DNA of 63,117 bases, filler included, from Stramenopiles sp. TOSAG23-6 (GCA_900128565.1; 7 parts of 7 records of this genome joined end to end with filler, not necessarily neighbours in it), one strand, 5' to 3'. Positions 37,740 to 49,587 are shown, counted from the whole stretch's first letter. The notes: a model not told the origin generated them from the letters alone. Numbers and translations are program-made.

Positions 37740-40700
37740 ATGGCTCCCCCAAAACCACTGACAGTTACCGATGATGGTCACTGGAAGCCTCTTATAGAAG
37801 GCGAGCAACAGATTAAAGTGGTTTCTGAATATGCAAAGTCTAGTCGTGCTCGTTGCCGTTTGTGTAGTGAAAAAATCTTGAAGAACGAAGTTCGATTGGG
37901 ATTTCCAGTAAAATGGCGAGGTGGTGAATATGGTTGGATATCTTCATGGCGTCATCTTCTATGTTCCCGCCTGGAAGCGGAAGATCACGACAAAAATATT
38001 AATGATATTGTATGGGGTCTCCAAAACTTAAAAAAGCCGGATAGGGCATTAGTTAGAGCGGAGCTTGCAAAGAGAGGAACACCGGAACACTTAAAACCAT
38101 TAGATATTGAAGCTACGACTTTTAAAACTGCTCGTATTCCGAAACTGGTAGAACAACCGAAGGAAATTTTATTAAAGATGCTTCCTTATCAACTCGAGGG
38201 TTTTGGTTTTATGAAAGCTCAAGAAGCTAGCCTTTATCGAGGAGGTATTCTTGCAGATGAAATGGGTATGGGGAAAACATTACAAGCAATTGCTTTATTA
38301 GTTTCGGATGATAAAAATAGTACATGTGCAATTTCGGATAAAAGCAATTGTAAAGGTAAAGGAAGGGTTAGTAGGGTTAGGGTTGGCGTGTCTAAAAAGA
38401 AAAAACAAACTAATACAAAATGTGCTAAAAAGGAACAAAACGGACATACAGAAAGTTGTTGTGAAACCAATTCTGATCAACACTCCCAACTTGTGGAAGG
38501 TCCAACTCTCATTGTCGTACCCACATCAGCACTTCATCAATGGAAAAATGAAATTATTCGGTGTACAGCCGAAGATTCATTAACTGTGATGGTGTATTAC
38601 AAGAATCGTTCAAAAGTTACCATGGCGCAAATTTTATCCTATGATGTGATTATTACAACGTATCCTGTTTTAGAGAACGAATATCGAACCGTGGTTAATC
38701 GTGAGCGCGTGCCATGTGCGTATTGTAATAAGCTCTACTTGCCACGAAAATTGATTCTTCATAACAAATATTTCTGTGGTCCTAATGTATGTTTTATTTT
38801 TTTTCAAATTCGATTTTTTTTTATAGGAAATTTTGTACCAAAGTATTTTTTTTTTTTTTTTGAAATATTTTTCCAAAGTACATGCAAAACGATCTAAAAA
38901 ACAGTCCAAGACAGAGAGGAATGAAACTGCACAAAAAGCGACAGCTTCAGCAATGGTTACTTTACAAATTGCAAATTCAGATGATGCGGCTGAAGCTGTC
39001 GCAAATACTTGTAAAGCAAATAATGCGTTATCACGTTTTTCGTTTAAAAATGTAAATAGTACAAAAAACGTCGTTGACATGAAAACGACAAAAAATAAAC
39101 AAAAAACGAAAAGAAAACAGAAAAAAAAAGAAAAAAATAGTAAGCCGAAACGTGCATCCACTGCTTATAATTGTTTTGTACGAAGTCGTCGTGCTGCTAT
39201 GAAAATGAAGCATAAAAATGCATCATCAACGGAATTAATTCGGCTTCTAGCTGCTCAATGGAAATCAGCAACAAGTGAAGAAAAAGCTCCAGCTATAGAA
39301 GAGGCAAAACTAGACAAAATTCGGTATCAACAGGAATTAGACACATGGAAATCACGGCCTAAAAGTAGTAGTAGTAGTAGTGAATCAGAAAGTTCAAGTG
39401 AAACAGATGTATCCTTCTGGCCAAAAAACGTTTCTCAATCATTTCCAAAAAAGGTTTCTCAATCATTTCAGACAATTCAAAATCAAGGAATATCCACTTC
39501 AACTCAATCAAAGACAATTGGAAGATCGTGTAGAGGTCTTACTCCAAGTGGAATATATCGAGAACTAATGGTAGATGCAAATAGAACGCCTCTTCCTATG
39601 TACGTTTTATATGAATTTCTAATTTATTTTTTTTTTCATACGAAATTTCGTACCTAACAAATTTTAGTTTTTTTTTTGAAATATTTTTTCACAATACATG
39701 TACATGAAAGCTTCGGAACGTGCGAAAATTGTCAATAAGGAAAAGACATTATCAACCTCAAATACAGCAAATAATGATAATACTTTAGTAAAAGATAGAA
39801 AAAATACGAATTGTACTACCCAATATATGGATATGAATAGTTCAAGTACATCTCAAAGTATGAGTAATTGTGTTACATCAGTAACATCTACTCGTCGTCG
39901 TAGCGTGAGAGCCAGTGCTGTCAAGGCAAAACAACGTTGCTCGGATATTGTAGCACAAGAAAGTTGTTATGATGTAGATGGAAATGTGAATAAAACGGAC
40001 AATTCTGAAAAAGATGATAGTGTAAATACAAATGGAACTGTCGATAGTGGTGCTGAAGGTGACAGTGATACATATACAATTCCTGTATGTACGATTGATG
40101 CTGAAAAGATATTTGATAACGATAGTGAACTTAGTGATACTACATGCAATGAAACAAAAAAGCCAAACAAAAAACATGTTAAAAAGTCTAAAAACATAAA
40201 GTCTACAATATCAAAGACGTCAAAAGAAAAAGCAAAATTAAAAAAAGCAAAATCAAGAAAAGCAAAACGAAAGGCCTTGCAGTGTATTGAAGCTCTAGGT
40301 AATGAGATGAATAATCAAATTTCTACGAGTCAAAAAAGTTTATCAATAATGAGTAGTAAAAAAAGGAAATCATCAAGTAAAAGGAGTAGTAGTAATAACA
40401 ATAGTAAAAAAGGGAAATCATCAAGTAAAAATAATAGTAAAAAAAGGAAATCATCAAGTAATAATAATAGTAATGAAAAAAAAAAAAAATGTTCAAAAAA
40501 CGTTTTTGTAGATTCGACGACATCATCTTCTGAATATAGTAGTTCCAGTAGTTCTGGGGAAGAATCGAATGATACATTTGTAGAATATCCAAAATATGCA
40601 GAAGAAGGATTGATAATGACTGATGAAGGTGTACGTTTTCAAAATTAATTTTAAAATTAATTTTAAAATTTGTTTTATTTTTCATACGAAATTTTGTACC

Positions 40701-43700
40701 TAACGATGTTTTTACGAAAAACAAAATATTTTTCACAATACTTGTAGATCTCTGTTACTCCATATTACATTGTATAAATTGGCGTAGAATAATTTTAGAT
40801 GAAGCTCATAAAATTAAAGGAAGAACGAATAATACTGCAAAATCAGCCTATGCTTTAACAAGTGTAAATCGTTGGTGTTCGTTTCCATTATGAATTTCAT
40901 TTTTTTTTTCTCTCATACGAAATTTTGTACCTAACAATGAAATTGAATGTAAAATATTTTTCACATTTCGTGTCTTACTGGAACTCCTATTCAAAATCGA
41001 GTGGGTGAATTGTATTCTCTTGTTCGTTTTTTGCGTATAGATAAATTTGCGTATTATTATTGTGGTGCGAAAGGGTGCGATTGTAAGTCTCTTCATTGGT
41101 CGTTTGGTAGAATGTATCTTTTTATTTTTTTTTCAATGTTTTTTCAAATTTTTTTTTATAGTAAATTTTGTACCTAACAAATTTAAGTTTTTTTTTTGAA
41201 ATATTTTTCCACAATACATGCAACGTAAGTGTAATCAATGTAATCATCCTCCAATGAAGCATTATAGTTATTTTAATAAGTATATCATCAATCCTGTCAA
41301 ACGGTATGGATATATTGGGGATGGTAAAAAGGGAATGCTTATGCTTCAAAATGAACTGTTGGCCAATGTAATGTAGGTTTTCATTTCAAATTTATTTATT
41401 TATTCGTACCAAAATTTGTACCTAACAAAAAAATCAAATTTGACAGATTTTTTCACAATACATGCTTCGAAGAACAAAAAAAGAGAAAGCATCTGATTTA
41501 AAACTTCCTCCTCTCATTATTAACGTTGAAATGCTGGAATTTGTACGTTTCCATTCCATTCCTAATTTATATTTTTTTATATGAAATTTTGTACCTAATG
41601 ATTTTTTTACAAAAACAATATTTTTTTTACACTACTTGATGAAGAAGAACAAGATTTTTATGAGTGTATTTACAAGCATACTCGATCTCGTTTTGATACA
41701 TATGTTGATAAAGGAACTCTTCTTCATAATTATGCCCATATATTTGAACTGCTCTCTAGATTAAGGCAATGTACAGATCATGTATGTTTTACTTTTTTTC
41801 AAATTCGATTTTTTTTTTATAGTAAATTTTGTACCTAACAAGTTTTTGTTTTTTTGAAATATTTTTCCAAAATGCATCCTTACCTAGTTGTTCATGGAAA
41901 ATTCAAAGGTAAATCAGCACCAATGCCATCTCGTAGTAGTAAAGGTAGTGTATGTTTTATTTTTTTCAATTTTTTATCTAAATGTTTTTTTTTATAAAAA
42001 TTTTGTACCTAACAAATTTTAGTTTTTTTTTTTTGAAATGTTTTTTCACAATATATGGTGCAGGCCGTGAAGTATGTGGAATTTGTTGTAAAGACATTGA
42101 AACTACGAAAGACACTGCCATTGCATCATGCAAGCATGCGTTTCATCGCTCGTGTATTCGAACTTATATTGGTGAGATGGAAGAATTAAATACTGAAAAT
42201 TTTGTCTCTCAGAATCGAAAAAAAAAAAAAAAAAGTAACAACAACACGAAAAACACGAAAAAAGTGGGTAAAAAACGCTCATTAAAAATGATGTCGTCTG
42301 ATTGTGAAGAAATCGAACCCGATGTTTTTAACGAAGGGATCGTTGCTGGAGGTAGTGGTAATGTCAAGAAAATATGTCCTGTATGTTTCCAGGAGCTTAC
42401 GATTTCTTTTCTTGAGTCAGGTGGTGCTGATGATGATGAAATAAAACATATACCAAAACATCATGTACGTTTTCAAAATTTAATTTCAAATTTTTTTTTT
42501 TTTTGGTAAAAAAATTTTGTACCTAACAAATTTTGAATAAAAAAAATATTTTTCCAAAATACATGTGGATAAAATATGTGACATAAGTAAAGCTCCCGAA
42601 AGTACAAAAGCGCCATGTGCCATTTGCATGGATCGACCGCGCAATGCTCTGCTTTTACAATGCGGTCATTGTTTTACATGTGTTACTTGTGCGAAGAAAC
42701 TTCCAAATAAAGCATGTCCAATTTGCACGTTTTCATTATGAATTTCAAATTTTTTTTTTTTTTTGGTTTCATACGAAATTTTGTACCTAACAAACTTCGA
42801 ATTTAATTTTTTTTACAATACATGTCGTGCGAAGATTGTGAAAATTATTCGTGTACAACTTGGATCAAATGGTGTCACAAGTTTTGAAGAAAATCGAATT
42901 CAGGATAATACTTATAATGATTTGAATCATATGTCAATTATGCAAAAAGTTGCCACGAAAGAATTTTCGTCATCTACAAAGGTCGATGCGCTTCTTGCGG
43001 CAGCAAATCGACTTAAAAAGAATGAAAAAGCGATAGTCTTTAGTCAATACTCCTCTATGATTGATATTATTGAATGGGCCTTGAAAAGAGACGGTCAGCG
43101 TGTTGTAAAACTTATTGGAAATATGACTGCAATACAAAGACACAACGTCCTTTCACAGTTCAAAACTGATCCATCAATTAATATTATTATTTTAAGTTTA
43201 CGTGCAGGTGGAGAGGGTTTAAACCTTCAAGAAGCTTCTCATGTACGTGTTCAGTATTCATTTTTACCAATTTCGAATTTATTTTTTTTCGTACGAAATT
43301 TTGTACCTAACATTCTTTTTTTTTTTTGAAATATTTTTCATGTACGTGTTCAGTATTCATTTTTACCAATTTCGATTTTTTTTTACTTTGAAAATTTTTT
43401 TTACATATTCGTTTTCATTTTTCATTTCATTTTTGTTTTTCTAAACAAAATTTTATATATCTAATGAGTTTCGAATTTGATATATTTTTTTATGCTCTAT
43501 GTGTTTGTATTGGAACCTTGGTGGAATCCCCAAGTGGAGTGGCAAGCTATACAGAGAGCTCATGTATGTTTTATTTTTTTTCAAATTTTTTTTTTTATAG
43601 TAAATTTTGTACCTAACAAATTTAAGTTTTTTTTTTTTTAATATTTTTCCAAAACACATAGGATTGGTCAGACTAAGAAAGTCATAGCTACTCGATTTAT

Positions 43701-43842
43701 TGTGAAAAATACGATTGAAGAGCGGATGCTGCAACTGCAAGAAAAGAAGCAATTGGTATTTGAAGGTTGTATTGATGCATCGACTGCAGCTCTTGGGCAA
43801 CTCACTGAAGAAGATTTAAAATTTTTATTTCACAACGGATGA
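37740..43842 (+). CDS. RAD16: RAD16/RAD5-family SNF2 helicase with PARP-type Zn finger, HMG box and two RING fingers; 14 exons
   Basis: [83 protein letters not shown]. Introns at 38787-38883, 39600-39699, 40631-40743, 40877-40971, 41114-41219, 41373-41463, 41543-41637, 41782-41877, 41950-42056, 42465-42564, 42725-42823, 43243-43500, 43564-43659. Confidence 0.88.
40877..40971 (+). mobile_element. Family intron, GT...GT with GT direct repeat
   Basis: tgGT|GTTCGTTTCC...CACATTTC GT|gtctt restores helicase motif III RWCLTGTP. No AG is available. Confidence 0.8.
41543..41637 (+). mobile_element. Family intron, GT...TT with TT direct repeat
   Basis: gaatTT|GTACGTTT...ACACTAC TT|gatgaa restores [12 protein letters not shown]. 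Confidence 0.8.
42725..42823 (+). mobile_element. Family intron, GC...AT
   Basis: ccaattt|GCACGTTTT...CAATAC AT|gtcgt restores the RING motif CPICR. Confidence 0.78.
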
Positions 43843-43936
43843 AGACTTCATGTTGACAAAAAAGAAGTATTAAATTACATATATTATTAATTATACTATT
43901 TTATCTGTGTGTAAAAAATTACCATCGATATCCAAT

Positions 43937-45081
43937 TTAATGAAGATTTCTAATTTCCCATCCCAAAATACCATTATCATCGCCCATCTTCAATTCTTGA
44001 TGATGAAATTGTTCTAATGCTAGACGTTGCGAAATAGTAATACTAGTAATACCTCGATCATGAGCTGCACGATAAAGATTTTCTTCAACATCCACTGAAA
44101 CTGCACTAGTACATTCATCTAATACTGCAAATTGAGGCGCATGGAAAAATAAACGAGCTACACCAAGTCGTTGTTGCTCACCTAAAGAAAGAACATGTAT
44201 TTTGGAAAAATATTTCAAAAAAAAAAAAAAATTGTTAGGTACAAAATTTACTATAAAAAAAATAAATTCGAAATTCGAAATTGAAAAAAAAAAAAAAAAC
44301 ATACATCTTCCCATATTGCTACAGCATCCCAGCCGGAGATATTTCCAATATTTTCTGTGACTGCAAACCTATCTACTAAATAGAAAATTCCTACTAAATG
44401 TAGTAATTTTTCAAGTTTTTTTTTTAATTCTTTTGTCTGATTTTTCTTCACAAAACGTTTAGGATATGTTATTTGGTCTAATAGGGTACCCGTCACAGAA
44501 TACGGTTTCTGTGATACAAGAAATACATTTTGATGTGTGACAATTCCTTCATTATTACAAGGTCTCTCAATTATACCCTTTGGAATATTCCACATACCAC
44601 CCAAAACACGAAATAATGAGGATTTTCCAGACCCATTTGGTCCAGTGACAATCAGTGGTTTCCCTGCTGATACCGTGAAATTTAATGATTTAGCACAACA
44701 TGTACCACCCGGAGCAACAATATCTACATTTTTGAAAGAAATATAGTCACCTTTTGAACGGGTTAAAATGCCACCAGTGAAATACCCAGAATATCTACAT
44801 ATTGTTGAATTGTTTAACTCAATTTCATCGTTATCACTAGATTGTATACACTGAACATGAAATTTATCTACATTTGATAGATCTTCTAATACGTACATCA
44901 AATCAGTAACATTTTCCAATACTCCAAAAAATTTACCTATTAATTCCTGAAGTTCGAATACATCACCAAATGATTTGAAAGATCTCAATACTGTTTGTTG
45001 AATATATTCACCAACCCTAGGTATCTGTCCAATTTTATCGACCCGAAATTTACTTTTTTCGGAAGTAAGCATTTGAGTGTA
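43937..45081 (-). CDS. Peroxisomal ABCD-family ABC transporter, C-terminal part
   Basis: GPNGSGKSSLFRVLGGMW, QKPY, WED|VLSLGEQQRL, LDECTSAVSVDVE. GT...AT intron at 44195-44304. Confidence 0.9.
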
Positions 45082-45321
45082 ATGTATTTTGGAAAAATAT
45101 TTCAAAAAAAAAAAAACTAAAATTTGTTAGGTACANNNNNNNNNNNNNNNNNNNNNNNNNNNNNNNNNNNNNNNNNNNNTTAATTAATTAANNNNNNNNN
45201 NNNNNNNNNNNNNNNNNNNNNNNNNNNNNNNNNNNTTTTTTTTTTTTTTTTTGGTTTTCGTTCGAAATTTTTTTCCTAACATTTTTTTTTTTTTTTTTTG
45301 AAATATTTTTTCATCATACAT

Positions 45322-45964
45322 GAATGGGATAAAGAAGATGTTGAAGAAGATGTTAAAATATTAAATGAGCAATTACAGAGAAATTATCGTGTGATGTCTT
45401 CTTTTGAACGTTATAAAATGGAGCTACAGACTGGAAATTTAGTGAAAGGCCCGGCCCATGTATGTTTTATGTTTTTTCAAATTCGAAGTTTTTTTTTCGT
45501 ACGAAATTTTGTACCTAACGAAAAACATTTTGAAATATTTTTTCACAATACATACTGAAGATTTTTGGAATGAAAATGCATTCAGATTTGAAATGAATGA
45601 GTTTAAATTAATTAAGCAATTAGTTACACTACTTGAAGCATCACAATCCTCAACTGAGACTTTAAGTTTAGCTTGTTATGATATAGGAGAATTTGCAAGA
45701 TTTTATGAAAGTGGAAAGTATGTTTTATTTTTTTTTCAATTTTGAATTTATTTTTTTTTTTCGTACGAAATTTTGTACCTAACAAATTTTTTTAGATTTT
45801 TTTTGAAATATTTTCCAAAGTACAAGGTTGTTTTACGAATGCTTAATGCAAAAGAAAAAATTATGGCCTTGATGTCACATCCGGATGAAGATGTCGCTAA
45901 ACATGCGCTACAGGCAGCTGCTAAATTACTGATATCCAATTGGGAGCATATTGGAGTATCTTGA
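45322..45964 (+). CDS. ATP6V1H: V-type ATPase subunit H, C-terminal part
   Basis: SSFERY..EL..G.L..GPAH|TEDFWNENA, LACYDIGEFAR...GK|VV...IMALMSHPDEDVAKHAL. Introns at 45460-45553 and 45718-45825. Confidence 0.9.
45718..45825 (+). mobile_element. Family intron, GT...AA with AA direct repeat
   Basis: ggaAA|GTATG...AAAGTAC AA|ggtt. Using the AG one base further on would frameshift V-ATPase H into a TGA stop. Confidence 0.8.
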
Positions 45965-46700
45965 ATAACCCTAACCCTAATTCTTTTTTGGATGTCAAAA
46001 AAGTTACTTAGGGTTAGGGTTCGAAATTCGAACAATATTTCAAAAATAATAATAATTTTTGTTAGGTACAACTTTTTCATAGTTAAAAAAAAATGGCAAC
46101 ATAATAATGATAATCACTGATTATATATTGTTGCCTTTTTTCGTACAAAACTTTGTAGTGGAGGAGGCATCGATGGAAAAAAATATGAAAGGTGATTTTT
46201 ATTTTTTAATACATTTGGCTTTTTAATTTTTGTATTTTTTGTATTTTTTGTATTTTTTGTATTTTTGGTTTTTTTTGTATTTTTTGTTTCTTTTTGTATT
46301 TTTTGTATTTTTGGGTTTTTTTGTATTTTTGGTTTTTTTTGTATTTTTTGTTTTTTTTGTGTTTCTGAATTTTCTGAATTTTCATGGTAATCTCACTTGA
46401 GAAGAAACCAAAAAAACAACACAAGAATAAAGCTTTTCATAGATCTGTATTAATTCTTTCATTTTGAAATTTTTTAACACGAAATCGGTCAAATTGAAAT
46501 ATTTTATTTTTATGCTGTCATAAATTGGATGTGTCAATATTTAATAGCTATTATTACTATATAATCGTCTGGTTACAAGGTCATACATTATATTTTACGT
46601 AGCTAATACAAAGTCCGAATACACATTCGATATTATTGCGCAGCGAATTAAAAATTTAATGGGCACAGCCTATTTGATTACGAAATAGCTTTCTTCAATA

Positions 46701-47924
46701 ATGTTTAAACTGTTTAGTATTTCTTTAATAATTTCTGTATATGCTCCGCTACGACAAAATGTTGTACAACAAAACACCGGCAGCACTACACGCCCCAGCA
46801 AAAGGACCAACACCGCAGACAAGACTGCCACTGCCACGACAAGCAAACTTGCTAGTCGGCAGAATGTAATTTGGGATTCTGAAATGATGCGAAATATAAT
46901 TGCTTCTCGATTAGCTTATAAAGATTCGGTTGATACAGAAAGTCATGATAGTAATGCTAGCGGCGGTTTTCAAGTGAGTGCTAGACATAATAGCCCAAAA
47001 CTCCCAAGCATTTCAACTATTCCATTCGCAGAGCAGAGATCTACAGAAAGTAAACGATATATGGATCCATCCACTAGTGGCTCACCTTTTTCTCCTCGGT
47101 TATCATTATTCCAAAGTGTCATTGAAATGCATAATAGAAACGGGTTGTATGACAGAAACAATAAAAGGGTATCGCAAATACATCAAAACAGCAACATCAG
47201 CAGCATCACACAAAACAACGAAAGCAAAAAAACAAATGTACCAACTGTTCTAAGAAATTCAACACGCCCACGAAGTCAATCTACGGCTGTCTCAGCATCT
47301 ACACTGTTTGGAAAATATTTGTCCCCACCAAAAACAAAAACGAAAACAAAATCTCCTCCAAAACTTTTACATAAACCACATAAAGGCACAGTTGAAACGA
47401 CTCATGGCACTAGACACACTGAAGGCACAACATTACGGCGTCATGATCCAATCATAGGAAATGGCTCATCTTCCTATCCAAAGACATCTTTCCTCTCAAG
47501 ACCTCCACGAACTATTTTAGAGATAATGAAGAAATATCATAAAACTCCACATAGTACCGCAGTGTTGTCACCAGAGCCAGAATATGTTGTAGGTGTGCCT
47601 TTCCAATCATCAACGTTATTGAGTACACCTACAAATGAAAGCATATATCCAAAAACAAATGTAACAAATCGAGTATCTAAACTGTCAACATCATCCCCAA
47701 AACGAACACAATCTGCAACTTTACTCCGTGCAAAGGCAATGTTGGAAGCGTCGAAAGACAGAAGAAAAAAACAAGACATATCTAGTAAAAAATCAACTGC
47801 TGTATTAACTTTTTCAAGTATACTAGATCAAACAAAGAGCAATTCTAAGGCACATAATCATCGATATGTATCAAATCATTCTAAAACACAAGAAAGATCT
47901 CGTCAAAGTTACATAAACGTATAG
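46701..47924 (+). CDS. Ser/Thr/Lys-rich low-complexity hypothetical protein
   Basis: 407-aa ORF with no recognisable domain. Confidence 0.5.
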   Translation: MFKLFSISLIISVYAPLRQNVVQQNTGSTTRPSKRTNTADKTATATTSKLASRQNVIWDSEMMRNIIASRLAYKDSVDTESHDSNASGGFQVSARHNSPKLPSISTIPFAEQRSTESKRYMDPSTSGSPFSPRLSLFQSVIEMHNRNGLYDRNNKRVSQIHQNSNISSITQNNESKKTNVPTVLRNSTRPRSQSTAVSASTLFGKYLSPPKTKTKTKSPPKLLHKPHKGTVETTHGTRHTEGTTLRRHDPIIGNGSSSYPKTSFLSRPPRTILEIMKKYHKTPHSTAVLSPEPEYVVGVPFQSSTLLSTPTNESIYPKTNVTNRVSKLSTSSPKRTQSATLLRAKAMLEASKDRRKKQDISSKKSTAVLTFSSILDQTKSNSKAHNHRYVSNHSKTQERSRQSYINV

Positions 47925-48281
47925 GAGACATTTGATTACTAAATATAATTATCACTGATGTTAAATATTGAACTGCAGCACTTGATGGCATTATTTCATC
48001 TACTGACTCTTTTGTTACTACAAATATTGATACTATTAGTAATACTATTACTCTTACTACTACTAATTACAATGTTTTGTAGTTAAAAAGTAAAATCTCT
48101 TGTTTCTTTGGTGTATGGAATTTTTTATAGGAGAAAAATGAACAAAGTTGGAATCAATTATCTTTATGTATTTATTTTCAAAAGTCTGTAATATTTCTTC
48201 CACCTTTTTATACCTATATGGTATGTAATCTTATTCTTCTATATGTATCAATTTTGAAATTAGGTCCAATTTCGAAGGTAC

Positions 48282-48381
48282 CAAAGATAAAGCTATACTT
48301 GCGTACGAATTCTTTTATACCCTATATGTTTCAAAGATAAAGCTATACTTGCGTATGAATTCTTTTATACCCTATATGTTT
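48282..48381. repeat. 50-bp tandem duplication covering the stop-codon region of the 48343-49587 gene
   Basis: caaagataaagctatacttgcgtaYgaattcttttataccctatatgttt occurs twice. Confidence 0.85.
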
Positions 48382-49587
48382 CCTTGCTACTCTATTAAAA
48401 ATCTTTTTATATACTACTACAAAAAATATCATAAATACAATAAGTCCAATATAAACATAATTGACTACATTAACTTTGTAATCTTCACTAGAACAAAACA
48501 AAAGCTCATTCTGCTCATTCACCTTGTTTTCATCAATTAAATCATCATTTAAGACTTGATTTGTAATACCACAAGCATTACGACACATTCTAAATTGTTC
48601 GTTTGTCATCTTTGTACCTGTCTGGAGTGAAATATTTTGCCCATAGGAACAAAAATTATCCAATTTCAACCAAAATTTTGGTATGCCATAAATTGCAATG
48701 TTATCTGATTCATCTGAAAATTCGTTTACATTATTCAAAATATTTTCAACCGCTTCATTTTTTATCCAAGAATTTAGTTTTGATTCATTATTACTACGTA
48801 AAATTGAAAAAGAAGAATCAGAAGCAAAATATTGTTTACGTGTATTTGTACTTTGCCATAAAATTTGTATTTCCTGAAATCTCCAATTTGTTTTTTTTGA
48901 ACTATTTTGTTTTCTTTGAGTGATATTCTGTATATGTTCTTGAAGAGAAGAAAATGATTGTTGTGGATATAATGGGTTATAGCCATTTTTTGGTATAAAG
49001 TTATCATCCACACAACTATCTTTGGCGGACTGACCAGTTGTTCCTATATTAAATTTCCAAATTGCAATCAAACCTTTTTGTTTGCGACTCAACGCATCAA
49101 CATAATTTTCATTTTCACTAACAATATCTCTGTGTAAATTTGTTTGCTTTGATTTGGAGCCCCAACAACCATATTTATTCAAACCGGAGACACTCATTAT
49201 ATTATATTGTTCAAGCTGTTTTGTAATAAGATCGATTAAACTATGAGAAAAAGTTTGTGGGACAAGTTTTAAGATGACAAGCTCTGTTGGATTATTTTCA
49301 ATCCAATGTACTAATTTTTGAAGTTCTATTTCAAAAGAATGTGTTCTTTTTATTTCTGCGACATCATGATGAAAACATATGACACCATTCTGTGACGAAA
49401 AAGAAGTCGTAGAACATAATTTTAAACGAAGGTCAAGAACACGAGCACCACAATCTAAAAGTCTGGAAAGACCGTCTTCAACGTGAGGTAAAAATGTCTG
49501 TGTTTTGAATTGGGCACAAAGAGGGCTCGATGTAGGCAAATATACCATAGCAGCATCGTGGGCTTCTAATAACACTGATGGTGGCAT
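48343..49587 (-). CDS. PI-PLC X-domain-like phosphodiesterase with C-terminal TM helix
   Basis: AHDAA..., KTQ, LDCGARVLDLRL, FHH, W..NPTELVIL. TM segment YVYIGLIVFMIFFVVV. Confidence 0.7.
   Translation of the reverse strand: MPPSVLLEAHDAAMVYLPTSSPLCAQFKTQTFLPHVEDGLSRLLDCGARVLDLRLKLCSTTSFSSQNGVICFHHDVAEIKRTHSFEIELQKLVHWIENNPTELVILKLVPQTFSHSLIDLITKQLEQYNIMSVSGLNKYGCWGSKSKQTNLHRDIVSENENYVDALSRKQKGLIAIWKFNIGTTGQSAKDSCVDDNFIPKNGYNPLYPQQSFSSLQEHIQNITQRKQNSSKKTNWRFQEIQILWQSTNTRKQYFASDSSFSILRSNNESKLNSWIKNEAVENILNNVNEFSDESDNIAIYGIPKFWLKLDNFCSYGQNISLQTGTKMTNEQFRMCRNACGITNQVLNDDLIDENKVNEQNELLFCSSEDYKVNVVNYVYIGLIVFMIFFVVVYKKIFNRVARKHIGYKRIHTQV

Noticed and set aside
46220-46385. Short ORFs from TTTTTGTAT-type 9-mer and other simple repeats (also 4722-4768, 8546-8593, 31700-31900, 52710-52760)
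   Set aside because: Slippage microsatellites. Antisense and overlapping ORFs in the track have no independent support.
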